46,504 nucleotides of DNA from Actinomycetota bacterium. Its GTDB lineage: Bacteria; Actinomycetota; Thermoleophilia; Gaiellales; Gaiellaceae. Every line of letters begins with the position of its first letter. Position 1 is the stretch's first letter. The position numbers and the translations under genes were made by a program. Below are positions 37,127 to 45,719 of the stretch, in pieces. The notes below the pieces were generated by a model that saw only the letters and a list, made by a program, of their open reading frames with translations, ran no database searches and was not told the DNA's origin. The stretch lies in the NCBI GenBank assembly GCA_046727515.1, contig JBKPCT010000072.1, positions 1 through 46,504 on the forward strand, written 5' to 3'.

Positions 37127-37303
37127 ATGGTCGTCGCGTTCCTCGGGCCGTGGGACTTCCTGATCATCCTGGCCGTGATCGTGTTCGTGTTCGGGACCGC
37201 CCGGCTCGGGCGCACGCTCCGCGCGTTGAAGACCGGCGGACGGGAGTTCAAGCGCGGTATCCGCGGCAAGGACGAGCTCCCGCCGCCGACCTCCAACAGC
37301 TAG
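37127..37303 (+). CDS. tatA: Sec-independent translocase protein TatA/E
   Basis: MVVAFLGPWDFLIILAVIVFVFGTARLGRTLRALKTGGREFKRGIRGKDE fits TatA (TM helix, FG hinge, amphipathic helix). An alternative ATG at 37106 lies only 3 nt from the divergent PanE-like start. Confidence 0.8.
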   Translation: MVVAFLGPWDFLIILAVIVFVFGTARLGRTLRALKTGGREFKRGIRGKDELPPPTSNS

Positions 37304-37310
37304 AGAGCAC

Positions 37311-38462
37311 CTAGAACCGCGCCGGGTCGAACGGCGTGAGGTCGATCTCGGGCTGCTCGCCCGCGACGAGCTGCGCCACGAGCCGGCCCGTGATCGGGGC
37401 GAGCGCGACGCCTTTCATCGCGTGACCCGTCGCGACCATGACTCGGCCGAGCCGGCCGATCGCGGGGAGACCGTCCGGCAGGCACGGTCGTAGGCCTGCC
37501 CAGGTCTCGAGCACCGGGCGGGCGGCGAGGCCGCGGAACCAGCGCTCGCCGCCTCGCCGGATCGCCTCCACACGGCGCTGCGAGATCGAGAGGTCCAGCC
37601 CGGCGAGCTCGAGCGTCCCGGAGAGGCGGAGCCGACCCGGCAACGGTGTCGCGACCGTCAACGTCTCCTGCACCCAGGCCGGGATCTTCGGGTCGCCCGC
37701 GGCGACCTCGTAGTCGACGTGGTAGCCCTTGCCGCCCTCGAGCGGGAGGTCGACGAGCGTTCGACTCCAGGCGCCGGCGGCGACGACGACCGTCTCCGTG
37801 CGAAGCCCGTCGAGCGAGCGCACCTCCGTGCCGGTGCGGATGTCGACGCCGGCGTCCCCGGCCGCCCGGCCCACGGCCTCGACGAACCGCTTCGGGTCGA
37901 CCCGTCCCTCGTCGGGATAGTGGACTCCGCCGGCGACCGGCCCGGCGAGCGACGGCTCGAGCTCGCGCGTCTGCCCCGCGTCGAGCACCGAGAAGCGCAG
38001 GCCGGAGCGCTCGCCCTCTCGTACTCCGTCCTCGAGGCCATCCGTGGTCGCGTACACGTTGAGCGTCCCGGTGCGCTCGAAGCTCGTGCCGAGCTCCTCG
38101 CCCAGCTGCGCGTGGAGCTCGAGGCCCGGCATAGAGAGCGCCCGGATCGCCTCGGTGCCCGCTGACCACCGCGACGCCGCGCGGGCGAAGTGGGCAAGCC
38201 AGGGCAGCACCGCCGGGCGCGGCCGCAGGTAGAACGGGCTGTCGCGCCTCCACATCCAGCGCAGACCGTTGCGGAGCGAGGCCGGGTTTGCGATCGGGGT
38301 CGAGTGGCTCGGGCAGACGAGGCCGGCATTTCCGGCCGAGCAGCCGGCTGCGAGCTCAGCACCGCGTTCGAGCAGTGTCACGCGCGCGCCACGTCGCGCG
38401 AGCTCGAGTGCGCAGCAGACGCCGACCGCGCCGCCGCCGACGACGACAACGTCGGACTTCAT
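37311..38462 (-). CDS. FAD-dependent oxidoreductase, DAO family (D-amino-acid dehydrogenase / sarcosine- or glycine-oxidase-like)
   Basis: 383 aa. DVVVVGGGAVGVCCALELARRG dinucleotide fold, then a C-terminal GLRPCLPDGLPAIG...ATGHAMKGVALAP. Confidence 0.9.
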   Translation of the reverse strand: MKSDVVVVGGGAVGVCCALELARRGARVTLLERGAELAAGCSAGNAGLVCPSHSTPIANPASLRNGLRWMWRRDSPFYLRPRPAVLPWLAHFARAASRWSAGTEAIRALSMPGLELHAQLGEELGTSFERTGTLNVYATTDGLEDGVREGERSGLRFSVLDAGQTRELEPSLAGPVAGGVHYPDEGRVDPKRFVEAVGRAAGDAGVDIRTGTEVRSLDGLRTETVVVAAGAWSRTLVDLPLEGGKGYHVDYEVAAGDPKIPAWVQETLTVATPLPGRLRLSGTLELAGLDLSISQRRVEAIRRGGERWFRGLAARPVLETWAGLRPCLPDGLPAIGRLGRVMVATGHAMKGVALAPITGRLVAQLVAGEQPEIDLTPFDPARF

Positions 38463-38560
38463 CGCCCCGTGAGAATCGCAGGTCTGATGAGCATCCGGCC
38501 TCGGCCATGAAGCAATCGGAGCGCGTCGAGCCCGGCGAGCACGCGACGGGGTCGCGCCCG

Positions 38561-39046
38561 TCAGCCTCTCGAGCAGACCTTCGGGAACCCGATCGTCGCG
38601 CCGACACGCCCGGCCTGCTTCGTCAGGTCCAGGAAGCGCAGCCAGTCCGGGCCCATCTGCCTGATGTCCGGAAGGAGGGCTGCTCGGAGCGTTCGGCGCA
38701 TCATCTCGACCGCCCGATCTCTGAGGCTCACCCAGTGCTCGACCCGCTCGGCCAGCTCCGTCGGCGGCCGAAGCGCGCGGACCTCGCGGAGCTCGGCGAC
38801 GACGAGCGGCAACGCCAGCGTGATCGGGGCGGCGACCTCGGCCGGAGTGGCGATGTCGCCGGGCGGGTCGACCTTGTCGAGCTGCGGTCCGTAGGCGCGG
38901 CAGATCGCGGCGACGCGGGCGAAGTACTCCTTCTTCGTCGGCGCCGCCTGCGAGTTCCCGCTGAGCGCGAGGACGATCCCGCCGGCGCAGAGGCCCGCCA
39001 CGAGCAGGAGGGCGGCGGTCATCAGGATGCGTCTCCGTCCGTACAT
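38561..39046 (-). CDS. hypothetical membrane-anchored/exported protein
   Basis: ORF trimmed to ATG 39046 (MYGRRRILMTAALLLVAGLCAGGIVLALSGNSQ...). One N-terminal TM/signal segment. No family recognised. Confidence 0.5.
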   Translation of the reverse strand: MYGRRRILMTAALLLVAGLCAGGIVLALSGNSQAAPTKKEYFARVAAICRAYGPQLDKVDPPGDIATPAEVAAPITLALPLVVAELREVRALRPPTELAERVEHWVSLRDRAVEMMRRTLRAALLPDIRQMGPDWLRFLDLTKQAGRVGATIGFPKVCSRG

Positions 39047-39069
39047 CGCTCCGGTACTAGTCTTCGCGC

Positions 39070-40305
39070 GTGCCGCTCGAACCGGAACGCACAGTCGCAG
39101 AATTATCCGAGCTTCGCCAGCTGACCGGCGACGAGAACGGCGCCCAGCGCGTCGCCTGGACCGAGACGTGGGAGCAGGCACGCGAGTGGCTGCGGGGCAA
39201 GCTCGGCTTCGCAGAGTACGCCGTCGACGAGGCCGGGAACGAATGGTTCACGCTGCGCGGCGCGTCCGACCGCGCGCTCCTGATCGGGGGGCACATCGAC
39301 TCCGTGCCGAACGGCGGTTGGCTGGACGGCTGCCTGAACGTGATGGCCGGCGTCGAAGTGCTGCGCCGCCTGGACGAGGAGGGCACGCCGTCGCTGACGG
39401 TGCGGCTCGTCAACTGGGCGGACGAGGAGGGAGCGCGCTTCGGCCGCTCGCTGTTCGGCTCGAGCGCAGCGGCCGGCTCGATGGCCGACCAGGACGAGCT
39501 GCGCGACCGCACTGACGCGGAGGGCATCCGCCTCGAGGACGCCGTCCGCGCCCACGGCGTCGACCTCGACCGCGCGACCGACGCGCGGCGGCAGCTCGAG
39601 AACGCAGCCGCCTACCTCGAGCTGCACATCGAGCAGGGCCCGGTCCTCGAGTCCCTGGACCTCCCGCTCGGCGTCGTGCTCGGCACCTTCGGCGTCGAGC
39701 GGCACCTGGTCACCTGGACCGGCCAGGCGGCCCATGCCGGCTCGACCCCGATGGACCGTCGCCGCGACGCGCTCGCCGGCGCCGCCAGGCTCGCGCTCGA
39801 CATCCGCCGGATCGCGGCCGAGGCCGGGGACGGCGCCGTCTGCACGAGCGGCGGCGTCGTCTGCAAGCCGGGGATCGTCACCTCGGTCGTCGAGACGGCC
39901 GAGCAGCTGCTCGACCAGCGCCACCTCGACGCGGGCAAGCTCGCGGGGATGCTGGCCGAGGCGAGGCGCGCGGCCGATCAGTTCGCCGCCGAGGAGAACA
40001 TCGAGGTGGCGTGGTCGAGGATCTGGTCGATCGAGCCGATCCACTTCGACGAGACGCTGATCGGCCTCGCCGACGAGGCGATCACCGAGGTCGCAGGGAG
40101 TTCACACCGCCTGCCGAGCGGCCCGCTGCACGACGCGGCCGAGGTCTCCCGCGCCGGGATCCCGACGGTGATGGTGTTCGTCCAGAGCCTGCGCGGCCTC
40201 TCGCACACGAAGCTCGAGGACACGAAGCCCGAGCATCTCGAGCTCTCCGTCCGGGCGCTCGACCGGCTGACGACGAAGACGATGGCAGCGCTGCAGACGG
40301 TTTAA
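39070..40305 (+). CDS. M20-family Zn amidohydrolase (allantoate amidohydrolase / N-carbamoyl-L-amino-acid hydrolase), second copy
   Basis: 411 aa. GGHIDSVPNGGWLDGCLNV, NWADEEGARFG, GQAAHAGSTPM, LPSGPLHDA. A TAGTCT box lies 6 nt upstream of GTG 39070. Confidence 0.88.
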   Translation: MPLEPERTVAELSELRQLTGDENGAQRVAWTETWEQAREWLRGKLGFAEYAVDEAGNEWFTLRGASDRALLIGGHIDSVPNGGWLDGCLNVMAGVEVLRRLDEEGTPSLTVRLVNWADEEGARFGRSLFGSSAAAGSMADQDELRDRTDAEGIRLEDAVRAHGVDLDRATDARRQLENAAAYLELHIEQGPVLESLDLPLGVVLGTFGVERHLVTWTGQAAHAGSTPMDRRRDALAGAARLALDIRRIAAEAGDGAVCTSGGVVCKPGIVTSVVETAEQLLDQRHLDAGKLAGMLAEARRAADQFAAEENIEVAWSRIWSIEPIHFDETLIGLADEAITEVAGSSHRLPSGPLHDAAEVSRAGIPTVMVFVQSLRGLSHTKLEDTKPEHLELSVRALDRLTTKTMAALQTV

Positions 40306-40390
40306 CGCAACGCGAACAGCCTTCTCAGGTCGCTTTCAGGTTCCTTAGGCACCGTAGAGCCTGCACAGCCCCTCTCTCCCTCCTCAGTCC

Positions 40391-40451
40391 CCGGCCGTCG
40401 CGGCGCCGCTCCCGTCAACAGAGGCACAACCGCGGCGGCCGGCTTTATTTG
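40391..40451 (+). terminator. candidate intrinsic terminator after the second M20 hydrolase gene
   Basis: 13-bp GC-rich stem CCGGCCGTCGCGG / CCGCGGCGGCCGG (one G-U pair) with a 26-nt loop, followed directly by CTTTATTTG. Confidence 0.5.
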
Positions 40452-40474
40452 CAGCGGGTTATGCTCTTCAACCC

Positions 40475-41500
40475 GTGCTGAGCTTCGGCGTCACCATCCT
40501 CCCCGACCCACCGTGGCAGCGGCTTGTCGAGCTGATGCAGCTCGCGGAGCAGAACGGCTTCGACTACGGCTGGACCTACGACTCGCACGTGCTCTGGCAG
40601 GAGCCGTACCCGCTGCTCACGCTCGCCGCGATGAACACCGAGCGGCTGAAGCTCGGGCTGAACGTCACGAATCCCGGCACCCGCGAGCCGACAGTGACCG
40701 CGAGCGCGTTCGCGACGCTCCAGGACGTCTCGAACGGGCGGATGATCGTCGGTATCGGCCGCGGCGACTCCGCGCGCCGTGTGATCGGCCAGCAGCCGGT
40801 GCGGGTGGCCGACTTCGAGAACGCCTGCCGGATGATGCGCGACCTGATGAACGGCCGCCCGGTCGACTGGAACGGCACCGAGATCGAGCTGAAGTGGGCA
40901 AAAGGCCGCCCGCAGATCCCGCTCTTCATCGCCGGCTACGGGCCGAAGGTGCTCGCGATCGCTGGTCGGATCGGCGACGGCGTGATCATCCAGCTCGCCG
41001 ATCCGGAGATCGTCGAGTGGATCGTCGGCCAGGTGCGGCGCGCGGCGGAAGAGGCCGGGCGCGCCCCCGCCGACGTGAAGGTGGTCGCCTGCGCGCCTGC
41101 GCACGTGTCCGAGGACCTCGCCGCGAGCTGCGAGCAGGTCCGCTGGTTCCCGGCAATGGTCTCGAACCATGTCTTCGACGTCCTCTCCAAGCACGACCCG
41201 GCCGACCTGCCGCCTGCCCTGACGGAGTACGTCTCCCGGATGAAGCGGGACGCCTACGACTACGCGGAGCACAGCCGCGTCGGCGCCAAGCACGGTGAGC
41301 AGATCAGTGACGAGATCTGCGAGCGCTTCTGCATCCTCGGCCCCCCGCAGGCCCACGTCGAGAAGCTGCGCCGCCTGGAGGCGGCGGGCGTCGACCAGTG
41401 GAACATCTATCTGATGACCCACGGCCAGGAGGAGGCGCTCGCCGTTTACGGCGGGCAGATCATTCCGGCGCTCCGGGCTCCGGAGCCGTCGAGCGCCTAA
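40475..41500 (+). CDS. LLM-class F420-dependent oxidoreductase (Mer-like)
   Basis: 341 aa. FDYGWTYDSHVLWQEPYPLLTLAAMNTERLKLGLNVTNPGTREPTVTASAFATLQDVSNGRMIVGIGRGDSA is the LLM/F420 pattern. Confidence 0.85.
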   Translation: MLSFGVTILPDPPWQRLVELMQLAEQNGFDYGWTYDSHVLWQEPYPLLTLAAMNTERLKLGLNVTNPGTREPTVTASAFATLQDVSNGRMIVGIGRGDSARRVIGQQPVRVADFENACRMMRDLMNGRPVDWNGTEIELKWAKGRPQIPLFIAGYGPKVLAIAGRIGDGVIIQLADPEIVEWIVGQVRRAAEEAGRAPADVKVVACAPAHVSEDLAASCEQVRWFPAMVSNHVFDVLSKHDPADLPPALTEYVSRMKRDAYDYAEHSRVGAKHGEQISDEICERFCILGPPQAHVEKLRRLEAAGVDQWNIYLMTHGQEEALAVYGGQIIPALRAPEPSSA

Positions 41501-41557
41501 ACCGAGCCGCATCGCGCTGCTCGAAGCCTTCTACCGGCGGTCGAGTACGGTAGCGCC

Positions 41558-42637
41558 GTGCTCCGCCGGCTCGCCCTCGTCGCGCTCGTGCTCGCACTGG
41601 TGGCGACGGCCGCCGCCTCGGCGCACAAGAACGAGCGGCGGCTGGACCTCGTTGCCTTTCCGGGCTACGCGGAGGCGGGCGGAGACGACCCGCGCGTGAA
41701 CTGGGTGACCCCGTTCGTGCAGCGGACGGGTTGCAAGGTTCACGTGCGAACGGTGCGCAGCTCGACCGAGCTCCTCGAGGCCGTCTCGACCCGTCGCTAC
41801 GACGGCGTCGCCGCGCTCGGAGACGTGATCCAGGTGCTGACGGGCGGCCACCAGGTCGAGTCGATCGACGTCTCACGGATCCCCCACTACCGCGACGTCT
41901 TCCCGGCGCTGAAGCGTCTGCCGCAGAACTTCGACAGCGGACGCGTCGTCGGGATCCCGCACGGACGGGGGCCGAACCTTCTGCTCTGGCGGACCGACCT
42001 CGTCCGGCGGGCGCCGACGAGCTGGGCGGCGCTCTACGACCACCGCTTCGCCGGCCGGGTCGGTCTCTACGACGCCGCCGTCTCGCTCGCCGCCGCCGCC
42101 ATCCACCTCGGCTACCGCAGCCCGTACGAGCTGGACCGCGGCCAGTTCCGCGCGGTCGTCCTCACGGCGGCCGAGCAGTCCGCCGACGCCGGGTTCTACT
42201 GGCAGGACCTGACGAACGCGCTCGCCAACTACACCGGCGGGACCGCGATCGTCGGCGATGCGAGCTCGAGGCTCGTCACGCTCCTGAGGGCGGACCAGGT
42301 CCCGGTCGCGACGTCGCTGCCGCCGGGCTCCACCGCCCACTCGGCCTCGTGGATGCTGCTCGCCGGCGCGCACCACCCGAACTGCATGTACCGGTGGCTC
42401 GACTACATCCTCTCGCCGAAGGCGAACGCGGCATCGGCCCGGTACCTCGCGGAGGCACCGGCGACCCGCGCTGCCTGCGCGAACATGAACTGCCGCGCCG
42501 TCCACGCCGCCGACGAGGCCTACTGGCGGCGTCTCTCGTTCTGGCGCACGCCCCAGCACGACTGCCACGACCGTCGCGGGGCTGCCTGCGCCGACTGGTT
42601 GGACTGGTCGGACGCGTGGGCGCGAATCAGAGGATAA
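41558..42637 (+). CDS. ABC transporter substrate-binding protein (PotD/PotF-like), divergent paralogue 1
   Basis: 359 aa. Signal peptide MLRRLALVALVLALVATAAASA. Shares blocks with 43678..44805 (VTPFVQRTGCKV / VKPFVKQTGCKV; HPNCMYRWLDYILSPK / HPNCAYAWYAYISSPK; FWRTP..DC / FWKTP..DC). Confidence 0.8.
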   Translation: MLRRLALVALVLALVATAAASAHKNERRLDLVAFPGYAEAGGDDPRVNWVTPFVQRTGCKVHVRTVRSSTELLEAVSTRRYDGVAALGDVIQVLTGGHQVESIDVSRIPHYRDVFPALKRLPQNFDSGRVVGIPHGRGPNLLLWRTDLVRRAPTSWAALYDHRFAGRVGLYDAAVSLAAAAIHLGYRSPYELDRGQFRAVVLTAAEQSADAGFYWQDLTNALANYTGGTAIVGDASSRLVTLLRADQVPVATSLPPGSTAHSASWMLLAGAHHPNCMYRWLDYILSPKANAASARYLAEAPATRAACANMNCRAVHAADEAYWRRLSFWRTPQHDCHDRRGAACADWLDWSDAWARIRG

Positions 42638-42652
42638 TTCGGCCGCCCTTCG

Positions 42653-43681
42653 ATGGAGGCCGCCGCCCAGACAGCACTACCGCCGGAGACGGCCGACGTC
42701 CGCCTGGCCGGGATCCGCAAGACCTACGGTGACGTCGTCGCGGTCGACTCGGTCGACCTCGAGATCGCGCAGGGCGAGTTCTTCACCATGCTCGGCCCCT
42801 CGGGCTCCGGCAAGACCACGACGCTGCGGATCATCGCCGGCTTCGAGCAGCCGGATGCGGGGCGGGTGGTGCTCGGCGGGCAGGACGTGACGCGGCAGCC
42901 GCCGTACGCGCGGGACGTCAACACCGTCTTTCAGGACTACGCGCTCTTTCCGCATATGACGGTGGGCGAGAACGTCGAGTACGGCCTCCGCGTGAAGGGC
43001 GTGAAGCGCCAGGAGCGAAGGCGCCGCGCGGGCGAGGCGCTATCGCTCGTCCGGCTCGAGGGGTTCGGGGTGCGCAAGCCCGTGCAGCTCTCCGGCGGGC
43101 AGCGCCAGCGCGTCGCGCTGGCCCGGGCAATCGTCAACCACCCGCGCGTGCTGCTCCTCGACGAGCCCCTCGGCGCGCTCGACCTCAAGCTCCGGCAGGA
43201 GATGCAGACCGAGTTGAAGCGCATCCAGGCGGAGGTCGGGATCACGTTCGTGTACGTCACGCACGACCAGGAAGAGGCGCTGACGATGAGCGACCGGATC
43301 GCCGTCTTCAGCCAGGGGCGAATCGAGCAGATCGGTTCGCCGACGGACGTCTACGAGCGGCCCGCGAACGAGTTCGTCGCCGACTTCGTCGGGATCTCGA
43401 ACGTGCTCGACCGTGACGGACGGCGTTTCACGATCCGGCCTGAGCGGATTCAGTTCTCGTCCGACGGCGCCGGCGAGCCGGGGACGGTTCGGCGCGTCGT
43501 CTACGTCGGCTCCGTCACGCGCTACCTGGTCGAGCTCGAGCGGGGTGGAGAGATCACCGTGGTGCGCCAGAACGACTCTGCGCCACGTCAGGAGGTCACA
43601 GACGGACAGACTGTCACGGTCGCGTGGCGACCGGAGGACACCTTTGCAATCCAAGGCAGGGGGGAGGAGGACGAGGTATGA
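42653..43681 (+). CDS. ABC transporter ATP-binding protein (PotA-like)
   Basis: 342 aa. Walker A GPSGSGKTT, Q-loop, signature LSGGQRQRVALARA, Walker B LLLDEPLGALD, H-loop VTHDQ, and a C-terminal TOBE-like domain. Confidence 0.93.
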   Translation: MEAAAQTALPPETADVRLAGIRKTYGDVVAVDSVDLEIAQGEFFTMLGPSGSGKTTTLRIIAGFEQPDAGRVVLGGQDVTRQPPYARDVNTVFQDYALFPHMTVGENVEYGLRVKGVKRQERRRRAGEALSLVRLEGFGVRKPVQLSGGQRQRVALARAIVNHPRVLLLDEPLGALDLKLRQEMQTELKRIQAEVGITFVYVTHDQEEALTMSDRIAVFSQGRIEQIGSPTDVYERPANEFVADFVGISNVLDRDGRRFTIRPERIQFSSDGAGEPGTVRRVVYVGSVTRYLVELERGGEITVVRQNDSAPRQEVTDGQTVTVAWRPEDTFAIQGRGEEDEV

Positions 43682-44805
43682 GGAGAATCAAGCCGCGCCA
43701 CGTTGCACTTGCTCTGGTGGCGGTGGCGCTCGGGGCACCCGCGGCCGGCACTACGAAGGCGACCGCGAACGAAGGGACGCTGAACATGATCGCGTGGGAG
43801 GGCTACCTCGACGCGAAGTGGGTGAAGCCGTTCGTGAAGCAGACCGGCTGCAAGGTCAACGCCAAGTACGCCGGCTCGTCCGATGAGATGGTCACGCTGA
43901 TGCGCTCGGGCGGGGGCGGCCAGTACGACATGGTCTCGGCCTCGGGCGACGCGAGCCTGAGGCTGATCTACGGCGGCGACGTCGCGGCCGTCGACGTCAG
44001 CAAGGTGCCGGGTTGGAAGCAGTTCTTCAAGGGCTTCCAGTCGCCTCCGAACAACACGGTGAAGGGAACGCACTACGGGATCTCGCTCCAGTGGGGCCCC
44101 AACACGCTGCTCTGGAACACCGCGAAGGTGAAGCCGGCCCCGACCAGCGCGTCCGCGCTCTACAGCCCGAGGTTCAAGGGCAAGATCACCGTGCCGAACA
44201 ACCCGATCCAGATCGCCGACGCGGCGCTCTACCTGTCGAAGACGCGACCGTCGCTCGGGATCAGGGACCCGTACGAGCTGACGAAGCCCCAGTTCGACGC
44301 CACGATCGCGCTGCTGAAGAAGCAGCGGCCGCTCGTCAAGAAGTACTGGGGCCTCGCCTCCGACGAGGTGAGTCTGTTCAAGAACGGCGACGCGACGATC
44401 GGCGCCTCGTGGCCGTACACGACGGGCGTGCTCAAAGCGGCGAAGGTACCGGTCAGGGAGGTGATCCCGAAGGAGGGCGCGACGGGTTGGCTCGACACGT
44501 GGATGCTCTCGAAGAAGGCCAAGCATCCGAACTGCGCGTACGCCTGGTACGCGTACATCTCCAGCCCGAAGGTGCAGGCGCTACAGGCCGTGACCTGGGG
44601 TGAGACCCCGGTCAACAGGCTCGCCTGCGGCTACATGAACAGGCTGTCCAAGGGCTCGTGCGCGGCGTACCACGCCAACGAGCCCGAAGCGTACTACGCG
44701 TCGATCAAGTTCTGGAAGACGCCGCTCGCCGACTGCGGCAACGGCACGAAGAACTGCACGGACTACTCGCAGTGGGTAAAAGCCTGGAACGAGGTGATCT
44801 CGTAG
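43678..44805 (+). CDS. ABC transporter substrate-binding protein (PotD/PotF-like), paralogue 2
   Basis: ORF trimmed to ATG 43678 (MRRIKPRHVALALVAVALGAPAAG...). ATGA overlap with the ATPase stop. SBP body with a Cys-rich C-terminus. Confidence 0.88.
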   Translation: MRRIKPRHVALALVAVALGAPAAGTTKATANEGTLNMIAWEGYLDAKWVKPFVKQTGCKVNAKYAGSSDEMVTLMRSGGGGQYDMVSASGDASLRLIYGGDVAAVDVSKVPGWKQFFKGFQSPPNNTVKGTHYGISLQWGPNTLLWNTAKVKPAPTSASALYSPRFKGKITVPNNPIQIADAALYLSKTRPSLGIRDPYELTKPQFDATIALLKKQRPLVKKYWGLASDEVSLFKNGDATIGASWPYTTGVLKAAKVPVREVIPKEGATGWLDTWMLSKKAKHPNCAYAWYAYISSPKVQALQAVTWGETPVNRLACGYMNRLSKGSCAAYHANEPEAYYASIKFWKTPLADCGNGTKNCTDYSQWVKAWNEVIS

Positions 44806-45719
44806 CGAGTAGGACCGCCGGCGGCGGGCTTTCCCTCGCGAGAGCCCGCCGCCGCCTCTCGACGCCCTTCTGGCGACACCGCTGGCTGCGCACGCTCGCC
44901 CAGCTCGTGCCGCCGGTGGGTTGGATGACGCTGATCTACCTCGCGGCGCTGGCCGCGCTCTTCGTCTACGCGTTCTGGACCGTGGACGCGTTCACCGGCA
45001 AGGTCGTCCACACGTGGAGCTTCGACAACTTCCGCGAGATCTTCCAGAGCGGCCCGTTCCGGGGCGTGATCTGGCGGACGGTATGGATCTCGGCGGCGGT
45101 GACGGCGACATGCGCCCTGCTCGCGTTTCCGTTCGCCTACTTCATGGCCAGGCTGGCGTCCCCGCGAGTTCGGGCGATGCTCTTCGTGCTCGTCCTGCTG
45201 CCGCTCTGGTCAAGCTACCTCGTCCGCGTGTATGCGTGGAAGGTGATCCTTGCCAACGACGGGATCCTCAACTGGTCACTCGAGAAGATCGGGCTGCCGG
45301 GCGCCAACATCGGCTACTCGAACACGGCGATGTGGCTCGTGTTCACCTACATCTGGCTGCCCTTCATGATCCTGCCGGTCTACGCGGCGCTCGAGCGCAT
45401 CCCGCACTCCTACATCGAGGCGTCGCGCGACCTCGGCGCCTCCGGGTTCACGACGTTGCGGCGCGTGATCCTGCCGCTGGCGCTGCCGGGCATCGTCGCC
45501 GGCTCGATCTTCACCTTCTCGCTGACGCTCGGCGACTACATCACACCCACGCTCGTCGGCGGCGCCGGGTCGACCTTCATCGGCAACGTCGTCTACACGA
45601 CCGGCCTCGGCGTGTCCGGCGACCTGCCGTTCGCGGCGGCGTTCGCAGCGATCCCGCTCGTCGTGATGGGCATCTACCTGACGCTCGCGAAGCGGACCGG
45701 GGCCTTCGAGGCGCTGTAA
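44772..45719 (+). CDS. ABC transporter permease (PotB-like)
   Basis: ORF 44658..45719. GTG 44772 is chosen as the first in-frame start near the SBP stop, and this choice is uncertain. Six TM segments. EAA loop YIEASRDLGASGFTTLRRVILP. Confidence 0.82.
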   Translation: MGKSLERGDLVASRTAGGGLSLARARRRLSTPFWRHRWLRTLAQLVPPVGWMTLIYLAALAALFVYAFWTVDAFTGKVVHTWSFDNFREIFQSGPFRGVIWRTVWISAAVTATCALLAFPFAYFMARLASPRVRAMLFVLVLLPLWSSYLVRVYAWKVILANDGILNWSLEKIGLPGANIGYSNTAMWLVFTYIWLPFMILPVYAALERIPHSYIEASRDLGASGFTTLRRVILPLALPGIVAGSIFTFSLTLGDYITPTLVGGAGSTFIGNVVYTTGLGVSGDLPFAAAFAAIPLVVMGIYLTLAKRTGAFEAL

